Assembly (NCBI RefSeq): GCF_902459465.1
Contig: NC_047078.1
Location: 10,850,001 to 10,914,000 of the forward strand
Direction of reading: 5' to 3'
Origin: Asterias rubens
Lineage: Eukaryota
Length of the DNA stretch: 64,000 nucleotides
The notes beneath the pieces were generated by a model that was given only the letters and a program-made list of their open reading frames with translations, had not been told where the DNA came from and ran no database searches. The translations under genes and the position numbers were made by a program. Position 1 is the first letter of the stretch. Each line of letters opens with the position of its first letter. Positions 24,362 through 34,487 of this stretch are shown piece by piece.

Positions 24362-24768
24362 TTAAAGGGTTCGGGTACTCTTTCAAAATGTCCACAGATT
24401 TACATTAAACTTGCAGGGTTTGAAGATAATGATAGTGGAAAGCTTCCCTTCAGATATTACTTACTGAGGTTGTGCAGTTTTTTAGAAATGAGTAAAATAA
24501 GTCTCAGGAAGACGAACATTATTTTAGCATGTAAAATCCCATTAACCAGTTATGATATTAAAGCAAAACCCATATTATAACTGGCTCATGCGTTTTTAAA
24601 AGGCTAAAACTGAGACGAAAATTATTTGTTTGACTCATTTCACTACAGCACCTCATTAAAAAAATTCAAGGGAAGCTTTCTACTATCATAATCTTCAAAC
24701 TGTGTAAGTTTAATGTAAATCTGTGGACATTTTGTTTTGTGTTAGGAAAAAGTACACAGACCCTTTAA
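24362..24768. mobile_element. Family B TTAA-flanked MITE
   Basis: ttaaagggttcgggtact...aaaatgtccacagatttacattaaactt / aagtttaatgtaaatctgtggacatttt...agtacacagaccctttaa. Fragments at about 3155-3288 and 34612-34664. Confidence 0.85.
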
Positions 24769-26059
24769 AAACGGTTATTAAATTAGTGATAATGATAAAA
24801 TAGTCACCTATAATGACGTAATATAATTATTTGATTTTTAAAATTCTAAAGTTTGCTAAAAATTTATCATAATGTTTTGATTTAAACGAAGCGTAAGAAA
24901 TTTAAAGAGCTGAAACTTAAAGAGCTGAAAACAAAACATAACTCCCCTTACAATGTGCAGTTTGGTTAGTAGCGTACACCGTTGCATTCATCTGTTAATC
25001 TAGATTAGATAATTACCACGCATTACCGTAAATTACATACACTTCTATAATCATAAGACTTCAAATTTGTATAATTAAGTCTCGTTTACTATTCATACGC
25101 ACTATTGTGTGATCTGTCGTAAGAGAACAACAGTGTGGGACTTTTTAAAACATAAACAAATATTTCAGAGACGATGAATAATTTTAAATATTTAATTTTC
25201 AGGCGTCTGAAACTGCTCATCTTTGTATGACAGGAAAGCCGGGTTAAATTATATATATATTTTTAACCAATGTAGTACCTTTTAAGGGAAATACAAAAGG
25301 CTTTGGGGCTCATTCTGCAGGTATTACTACGCTAAAAAAATCGGCACTTAAAAATGTACTAATTCTCAAACATGCGTAGGCCTATCAACTAGACGTACGG
25401 CTTCACCCATCCGAATGACCAAGCATTCAAACTACCTCCGGTTTGCACAGTCAAATAGGTCACACTTTGTGTTAGCGTTTGGTAATTAAATTGAAGACCT
25501 CTCTGATGACACAAGAGTGTCAAGACCAAGACCAAAACCCAGTCTCTTGAAACACAAGCACTTGGTCTGGCGCACTAATTGGTCACACCTCCTCTCAAAT
25601 CCCCCCCCCCCCAAAAAAAAGGGGAAAAAAAGATCGATAGTCGAGTCTTGTTTTAAAATTGAACTTCTCAATACAAAATCATGCGTGCATTCAGCAGAGG
25701 GTTGTTTCGACGCGCTGATACTTAACATAATACATCTCTTTAAGATTGTGATGAAAAGGCACACGAGCTCCTACTTAATAAGTTGGGGAAAGATATAAGG
25801 ATTAACAAGACTAAGACAAAAACAAGTCTAAACATATTCTCTAATAAAGGCGTGCTTTTTAAACATCATGAGCGTGTTTACAGGCAAATAACTGTACTTC
25901 ATTTATACAAATTTCATGCGAAAGTACGCCTAATTTCTACTTCTTGATATTTAGAACAAAATAATACATTTACAGTTCAACATCAATTTACAGTTCAACA
26001 ATCCAGTTTGAGTGTTACCCGGAAATATTGCCCATGGTACAAAAGGCTAACATGTGCCT

Positions 26060-26195
26060 TTACATGCATAATAGTAGCTCTCTCCAGAAGACGATCAGAG
26101 CATACTGATCGAAACGTCGAGTTAACCAATGGTTCTTTTCAGAACCACCCCAACTCATTTGAGTCATTACATGGTGTTACCGCAAATCTTTCCAT
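26060..26195 (+). mobile_element. Penelope-type terminal repeat fragment with a minimal hammerhead-like motif
   Basis: ctc-CAGAAGA-c-gatcag-agcata-ctgatc-GAAA-cgtc-gag (26082-26121), followed by ggttcttttcagaacc. Decayed reverse copy at about 1838-1885. Confidence 0.55.
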
Positions 26196-28642
26196 ACAGT
26201 AAAATATGGTTAAATTTCACTACAATTCTTGTCAACACTAGTATTATTATTTATTTATTTGACCTCAACAAATACCAGTACATTAAAAAAGCCCAGTAAA
26301 ATATGATTACATTTCACTACAATTCTAGTCAGCACTTGTATGCACACACCAAAGCTGAGTTTCAAAATGCAGCCAAATTAACGAAAGCCTAAATCTACAT
26401 GAAACAAATCAATTAACACAACATTAAAACACCGTTTCACGATTAAATATTGTTTTAAAACAAACACACTTAGGTTGGAGTATTCCTATAACACTGATAT
26501 AACTTGTAAGTGTTTTAAGACTATAATTCCCATAACAAGGTAGAAACTTTCTAAGCGGTATTTTCTGCTTTAACAGCTTAATGAAATTGGTCATGGTAGT
26601 TAGAGCCAAAATAAACAATCCATCTACAACTTCAATTAATTATCAGAAATCTCATTCTGTAACCACCACCCCCCCCCCCCCCCCAGGACGACAATTTTAG
26701 TGGGGAAAAAATGATTCTGATCCGCAGCTCGTTCGGGGTAAAACTTCCTCTAGCTGTTTTATTTTTGAAAACCTATCCGAATGATTGATAAACTCTGAAG
26801 AAAATACAATGCTTGACTCATGAGCAACAAGGTTTATTCTTCAATCTCCGGTTTGCAAGGTCAAATGAGGTCGCACTTTGTGTAGCGTTTGGTTAATATT
26901 TTAAGACCTTTCTTGACTATTGATATGTAGATATTAATTCTGGTTTTTACCCATACACCGTTGTGTGTTAGCACTGTATACTCAGTACTTTCTCGAGTCC
27001 TGTGAAAAAAAGGACTCAGCACTCGGGAAAGTACTGAGTATACAACACACATCGGAGTATGGGTAAAAAAACAAAATTAATATTCTTTATCCCCGATGCA
27101 AATTTAACATCTCTTTTCAGTTTTGAACAAAAGCAAACATGAAATCGTGTCACATTTCGTGTACCGTTTGTTTGGGTTTTGAAGACTTTACCGATGATGT
27201 TGATGTACACATTTGTTTAAAACAATGTATGACTTAAGGAGTTGGACATTTTTCAAAGATGAAAATTCAACTTCGGTAAAGTTAGTTTAAAATATAATCA
27301 AGATTACCATCTTGAACCATGTCCCAAATCCCAATAACTGTTGAAAGTAGACCATTTTCCTCAGCGGTTTATCAACAATATCCCTTCCAATTTGGACTTT
27401 CTGAAGTGCCGTTTCTGCTTTAGAAAGTAGAAACTTCTTTACATCTTCAAATTGGTTTGGAGATGATGCATCGTTGTGCGCTGCAGCTTGCAGGCCCGCT
27501 TTTTAGATATGGCTTGAGGCCTTTACCTAACCCCATCTTCTTATACACTTGATACCAGTGAGTGGATATACTAACACGACCTTTTGTATACATTCAAATT
27601 GTATTGGCATATTACTGTGTAACTTTAAATTTTGTTAAGACTACACTAATCTTTTACAAAACAAGATACTTGTGATACACACCACTTCAACCATTTACCA
27701 CAGAGTACTGAACAGCCATTGCTCAACACCGCTACAAGAGTGCCTCCATTTTGTTTGTAGTCAAAGATCATTCTCTTACATTAATGTTTATTGTTGGATC
27801 ATTCTGTTCCATTTCTTTGGAATGAACTTCTTTGTGTATTCACAAGGCTAGTTCTTTACACTGTTTTAAGTCTCTGAAAAAAACTCTTTTGTTTGAATCT
27901 GGTTTAAATTTTAAAGATGCTCACTAGTAATAACAATGTTCAATCATTGTATAATATACAATTACTTCATTTGTATACGCTTGGAGGCTTTTACATTAGG
28001 CGCTTTACATTATGCCTTTAATCATTATAAACATTTAAACAGTAAATACATAACAAACAATATTATTAGATGAGCAAATCGTGAGAACGGCACACACACG
28101 TGGCGTTAATGTGTTCAAAACGTAATTGGATGACAGAATGTCATGTGATTTAATTAGGTAAATTAATTCCGAACAACTAACATTCAAAACCATTACTGGA
28201 CTCGATGGTTAATTCTTTTTACAGCATCGGAATCCAATTGAGAAGAACATGCTATTCAAGAATTGTTTACTGTTTTCGAACAATCTTTGTTCTTATGGTG
28301 GTGTAGGCCTAATACTTCAATAGACATCTCAACGGAATTGACAGATTTTAAGTTTAATGTGTGATGTAATTATTCAACGGTCGTTAGTTTACTATACTAG
28401 CCTCAAGCTAAAATCACTGACCGCGAGCCCAGTGTTTATAATTTCGAGAGCTGCTGTCACACGTTTAGTGCTATTGTACATACTATCAATATTAAATGCG
28501 ATTAACACAATGAAACTGTTTAAAAAAAAAAACATGGGTATACTTATCCTAAACGGTCCGAGGGTCCGGTGTTCTCATGGGTGTGTCTCTATCTCCATTA
28601 GACTTACTCTTTTGATTGCGGCAGCAGCAGCAGCATACTCAC

Positions 28643-28760
28643 CGCTTGCACAAGCAGAATGCCACAACACCAACGATGATTAACACAACGATTATGGCGC
28701 CTATGACGATTCCAATGATAGCCCCGATTCCTAATGGGGGCCCCGATGGGGGTGTAACAT
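28643..28760 (-). CDS. Transmembrane exon B (orphan; alternative C-terminus or a separate small gene)
   Basis: DVTPPSGPPLGIGAIIGIVIGAIIVVLIIVGVVAFCLCKR; acceptor gtttatttgttttccttgttaacag, donor gtgagt, phase 1 to 2. Confidence 0.8.
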
Positions 28761-29009
28761 CTGTTAACAAGGAAAACAAATAAACACTTACATTTAAAGG
28801 CACGGTACACTATTGGTAATTACTCGAAGTAATTGTTAGCTGGGAAAACTTAACTGAATTGGCCGGGGAAAAACTTTATTAAGGTTTGTATCGGCTACCT
28901 TTGCATTCAATTTGTTTTCCCACCAAAAAGATGTTGTTCTTCCCACTGAGGTTCGTTTCATTATTGTGCCAGCTGAGCTAAATCAATTACAAGAACTATC
29001 TCTGCCATC

Positions 29010-29167
29010 ACAGGTATCCATTTACCACTGGGTGGAGAGAAGCATTTGCAGTTAAGTGTCTTTCTCATGGACACAAGTGTCACGACCGGGATTCAAACCC
29101 ACACTCTGCTGAACAGAAAAAAACAGAGCTTTGGTTCGACGCTCTTATCCGCTCGGCCACGACACCC
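29010..29167 (-). mobile_element. tRNA-derived SINE
   Basis: Reverse strand gggtgtcgtggccgagcggataagagc (A box) ... gtgggtttgaatcccggtcgtgacac (B box). Related copy at about 58700-58870 (+). Confidence 0.75.
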
Positions 29168-30838
29168 CACACCATTTTGTTCTAATTTATGTTGATGCTC
29201 TGCACTTACCCGATCCATCCTCAGCGTTGACGACGTAACATTTTGTTAGACAGGTCATTAAATTATTCACAAGCATGGTACACAACAAAATGTGGGCAAG
29301 ATTATTTTATAAAGTAAACTAAAACAACAAAACTATAAGTAAAACACCGTTTGAATGAGTAAGCGAAACGATTGTAGCTTTTTCCACTTTATTACACTTT
29401 TTCAAACCAACACAACGTCTAATATTGTGCATGCCAATCACACAGAATAACTAGGGCAAGATATCTAGTAAAATTAATGGCATTTATAAAGGCATCTGTC
29501 AATCTGTTATTTCAGATGCAGTCTGAGTAAAATTAAATATAATTAGATATCACTTCAACAAGACAAATCAAACAATATGAATGTTCAAGAAGGAAGAAGT
29601 TTTAAGTACAGAGTTTCAAGACAATGAACCATGAGTTGTTTTTATTGTTGGGGTTGCTGCTGTTGTTGTTCTTGGTGTTTTTTGCTGTTATTGTTGTTGT
29701 TTTGTGTTTGTTATTATTGTGTTGTTTATATTGTTTGTATTGCTGCCTCAAGCCACCCACTGCTCTAGAATTGTAAAGGTCGTGGGTTACCGAGTATACA
29801 GTGCTAACACGGTGTATATGGGTCAAAACCAAAATTAAGAACCTTTATCCCTGATGGAAAATTAACAATTATATTGTTGCTGCTTCTGTTGTGATTAGTG
29901 CTGCTGTCACTGCTTCTAATTATTGTCATTTTGTGATGTTGTTTTAATGTCGTTGATCGTTGGTTGTTTTTAATAAGCATAAATTTGTTTTTTGAGATAA
30001 TCTACAATGTAACAGCTATCGTTAAACAGCGGCTATATCTGAAAAGCGCGACCACTATTTGAAATGACATTTTCACATGTTAGCTTTGATGCATACATCT
30101 AATTGTTATAGAAATTTAAACAATCGAACTGTTCAAACAAAATGTATACTTTGCTAAATAGTATAGTTTTTTACTCTAAGACCCGGCTAAGCAGCGCAAA
30201 CCTTGCTTACTGGATTAATGAAGTATGGCCCATTGTACAAATCTACATGCACCCTATACAAAAATATGTTGTGACTGTTTCCTATTGTGTATTCGTGGTA
30301 TACATCTTTGTGAGCAATACGTAAGCTACCTAAATTCACCAGAGTTATAAATATTGAACAAAAATCAACGCAATTTCTTTTCTTTTTTAAATAAACATTG
30401 TTTTTCTTATTTACAGCACTACATACTACCAAGCATAAACAATGCAGGCTACAGGACGGAACTTAACAAAATTTCGATTTAATTGAGTTTTGTGGGTACA
30501 CGTAGAAACAATTTAAAAAATAATCACTTTCAAAAAAATTATTTTAATTAGGAAGAGTGATTATTGGCAAGATATTTGAGTTGAAGCGTCTCTGACAAAC
30601 TTGAGTTTCTATAAAATAAAAAAAAGGGTCAAGTAAAATTCCTCTTTTGTTTTACATTAAATAAGTAAAGCTTCACGTCACCAGAAAAAAAAAATGAATT
30701 TGGCTAGTCACTCAAAGCTTAATCTGCATACTACAATTAATTGTCCTACATCGACATATTTACACGCCAAAAGCCATCGACACCAAAAACGTTACCACGA
30801 TTGGTGACTTCTTCTCCAGAGGTCATAAACTTTTTCCC

Positions 30839-31142
30839 GATCGGGAAGCGTATTTGTAACACTGCAGCACGGGGTTTTGCACTGTTAACTGTCAATACCT
30901 GTCTTGAGTAGGAGACTACGTTGCAACGCTTTTATGAAATTGTCCTTCAATTGGGCAGATGTGCATAACGGCGTTGTAAAAATGATATTGAATTCGGGCT
31001 TTCTTTCCCCTATTGAAATAATTCTCCAATAGAAGGGAACATGTACGTAACGGCGTTGTTAACAAAGTAGTCTCATCTCAAGACATGGTTTGGCAGTGTT
31101 CAGTACAAAACCCCTCGCTGTTGTAAAATAAGATATGCGATC
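30839..31142. mobile_element. MITE with imperfect terminal inverted repeats of about 80 bp
   Basis: ggggttttgcactg...tgtcttgagtaggagactac versus gtagtctcatctcaagaca...cagtacaaaacccc. Reverse partial copy at about 21010-21155. Confidence 0.75.
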
Positions 31143-31579
31143 GGGAATAAGGAAACATTTATTGGACGGACTGATAAAATCACTCTAACTATACACATTT
31201 TGATATATATTCATTACACTTACACAACCCGCTTGATACCTTTTTTTTTTCATGAAGTCACTAGGTCAACTTTATACACGCATCTGTGATGCAGTGCAAG
31301 GGCTTTTGCTGCTGCACTCCAAAACTCTGCAAGTAATGTTAACAAATAACCCTCATTTCATCCTTCAAGAACATTTTTGTTTTTTAAAATGAATTCCATA
31401 ATGAGGGCTTGCCTCTTTGCCAAACATGCTAAATTGTCATCCATGTAACAGTACTCAAAAGAAAAAAAAAGGATTATTCCTATGGACCTGTTGCAATTAC
31501 GTCTCCCGTTAGATTTGTATGCGCAGTGACCAGGATGGGCCATTAAATCAAGCTGTTTTTTACCACATGAGGGCGTCCT

Positions 31580-31700
31580 ACCCAAATGACGTCAAAGCAG
31601 GTCTTTAATGGGCTTCTTTTAAGTCGAGCAAGTTCGAACACGTGAAGTGGACGTGGTTTACGTCACACTTATCATGATCGAGTGACCAATCGGGTGCGTC
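31580..31700. promoter_or_regulatory. Promoter-like motif cluster (CRE, E-box, CCAAT)
   Basis: TGACGTCA 31587-31594, CACGTG 31639-31644, GACCAATCG with CCAAT at 31686-31690; locally CpG-rich. Confidence 0.4.
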
Positions 31701-31846
31701 TTTAGTGTCATGGTGCATTATTTAAAATTCTGTACAGTACTGTATACGTTATAAACACTACACATTTTGTCGTCCGCACACGTGTTACCGAGCACTCGGT
31801 TTAAATGTGCACACAAGTTACACACATTTATGAAAACTTTATTTTT

Positions 31847-32218
31847 CAAGGCACTGGACACGTTTTGCAATTGTCAAAGACCAGTGTTCCCACTGGGTGT
31901 TTCCCAACATAAAATAACAAATCTGTGCAAATGTTGACTTAATTGGTCATCGCAGTTGCAAGAGAAACATGAAAGAAAACCCCCTTTGCTGCACAAATTT
32001 GTGTGCTTTCAGATGCATAATAAAAGGCTTTAGCTGAAGTATTTTATTATTTGAGGGAGAAAATACCTTTTTCTAAAAAAAAAATTCTTTTAGATAGGGA
32101 GCAGTTTACTCACAATGTTTAATACTATCAACAGCTCTCTCTCCATTGCTCGTAACAAAGTAAGTTGTATTGCTAACGATTATTTTGAGTGATTACTAAT
32201 AGTGTCCAGTGCCTTTAA
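31847..32218. mobile_element. Family A MITE (diverged)
   Basis: aaggcactggacac...aattgtcaaagaccag ... tagtgtccagtgcctttaa. Confidence 0.85.
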
Positions 32219-34395
32219 ATGCACAAACAAGTAACACACATTTAAGAAAATCTTACTTTATAAACCACACGGGAACGAAACTAACTGGGCAAATTTTTAC
32301 TCCTAACTTAGGATTAATCTTAGATCTTTGGACGAGTTAAGTTCCGTATCCATGAATATCATAATGTTCTTCTTTGAATACTTCAAATATGAACAAAGTC
32401 ATGAAATAAAATCCACACAAGTGAAAATATTACACTCTAAAAAAAACGTTAATGTCGAAAAAATAACCCGGATTCAAAGTCCGAGAGGGGCTTATTCAAT
32501 TTGTGGTTTTAAAAACGGATTTTTAACTAGAAGAAAAATGAACATTACAGAACTGTTTTTTTTTTTTTGCTAACAAAACAGTTCACCATGTATGTACACA
32601 TAAACTGACAAACCTGTAAAAATTGGAGATCGATCAGCAATCTGGGTCACGAGAATAATAAAAAAAAGGATTACACATTCTTTGCATGACATCGAGAAAA
32701 AACGGGAAATTATTGGTATATTTCTTATCAAATATGACATTTCAGACAGACATATATCAATGGATGTTTTCTACTCTCATCATCATTAGACCATGTAAGT
32801 TGTATGTAAATATGTGATCTTAGACGAATTTTGTTCTTACCAACTCTGTAATGGTCCTCTAAGCGACAGTTTGACCCATTTATCGGTCATTTTGACACTG
32901 ATTCAGAGTCAGCTCACCCAGAAACAAGTCAGACCCCACGGGACCTGGAAACCGGGTCAGTTCTGACACGAGAGTGTTTAAAGTGTACTTGTTCTATGTA
33001 TACACGTTACCTTACAAACCTTTTAGGCCGAACGTATTATATAATATTTATTGACCAAACCAACAGCGGACGAGCCGCCAATTGCAGGAAAGGATACGCC
33101 AAAAAAACAATAAGAAATACTCATTTAGCCTATATAAAAACAATCTAATTAAAATAGAATCATCTTAGGAAAGAAAATTAAAGCATACATTGAAGATTAA
33201 AAAAAATAAAATAGGGAACAGAAACAGACCACCATGAACGACTGTGAAAATATATTTAAAATAAATTTTAAAAGCAAAAGCCTACATTAAATTATAAACA
33301 GAATAAACGATAAAAAGACAAGGAAAAAAAAAGGGGGAAGCATAAACTGTACAATAGTTTATACATGAATGAACTGTCTTCTAATGAATGTACAAATGTA
33401 ATGGGCTCAAACTGCTGACTAAGTTACACTCAAACAGCTTTGCAACAAGCCTGAGCAGAGTTAATTTGTAGTGCAGGATGAAATTTACACAAAAAAAACA
33501 CGGTTTTATTTTGCTCTTTTTAAAAAGCTGTCTTTAAAAAAAATTCTCTCGAGTTTCATTCGACCATCTACTTCAACGGTCAGTCTTGAGTCACATAATG
33601 ATCTTCCTGTGTATTTCTCTGCCCGTCAAGAACTTGCATTGAACCAGTACACCCATGTCTGCCGTTTAAAACAATTCAGTTCACTGTTTAACGACTGACT
33701 GGACACTATTTGACCAAGTAAAGTTCAAGCTCTTTTTAAGACAACTATCGATCAGCCGAAGACAACATTCTGATGTTAAAGAATTCTGGAAAAGAATAGA
33801 AAAAGTATGATAATAAATTTGTATTGTTGTTTTTTTATATTCACCTGAATGAATATAGGATTTTTTCAGACTAAAAACAATATTTTGTACAACTATTTAT
33901 GTTTTTTTTTTTTCTACATGGCACTATCAAACTATTACCAGTATGGGAACCCGATTGCGCCCTCAGTGTCCAAGGCAATGCAAAACAAAATGACTTAATC
34001 CACAATAATGGGAAATCTTATTCGGCCTTAAGAATACATGTATATTTAAAATTACCAACACAAGTAGTAAGTGTTGTCATTTGTTTATTTTCACAAAACA
34101 CGTAGGTAGTTGGTGTCATTGACATTGGACTCGATCTCTTTTCCTTGTTAGATTTAAGCAAGAGGGGGCGCCACACTCTTTGCTTCTGTCCATTTTGTAA
34201 CGAGCATGACTCTGGCCACCCTAAGAATGCTATGTATTTACTTGGGAAAAATTAAACTTGTGTTTATCTGGTCAAGAATGATACTCCTGAAGCTCTGTAC
34301 ATATCTTTAGTCAGGCAACTTCCCAAAGAGAATTTTTGAGTGCGCCCTCTTGGGTCTGGAATGATGTGAGTTCTTACTTGTGTGAAAGTGCAATT

Positions 34396-34487
34396 TTACA
34401 CATCTGCCACTCCAGCTGCTTTGTCATCTGCTTTGCCATTAACCTTTTTGTCCTTTCCTTTCTTGTTCTGGTCAGTTTCTGGTGATA
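34396..34487 (-). CDS. Terminal cytoplasmic exon
   Basis: VSPETDQNKKGKDKKVNGKADDKAAGVADV-stop; acceptor taccttgacag, in phase with TM exon A. Confidence 0.85.
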
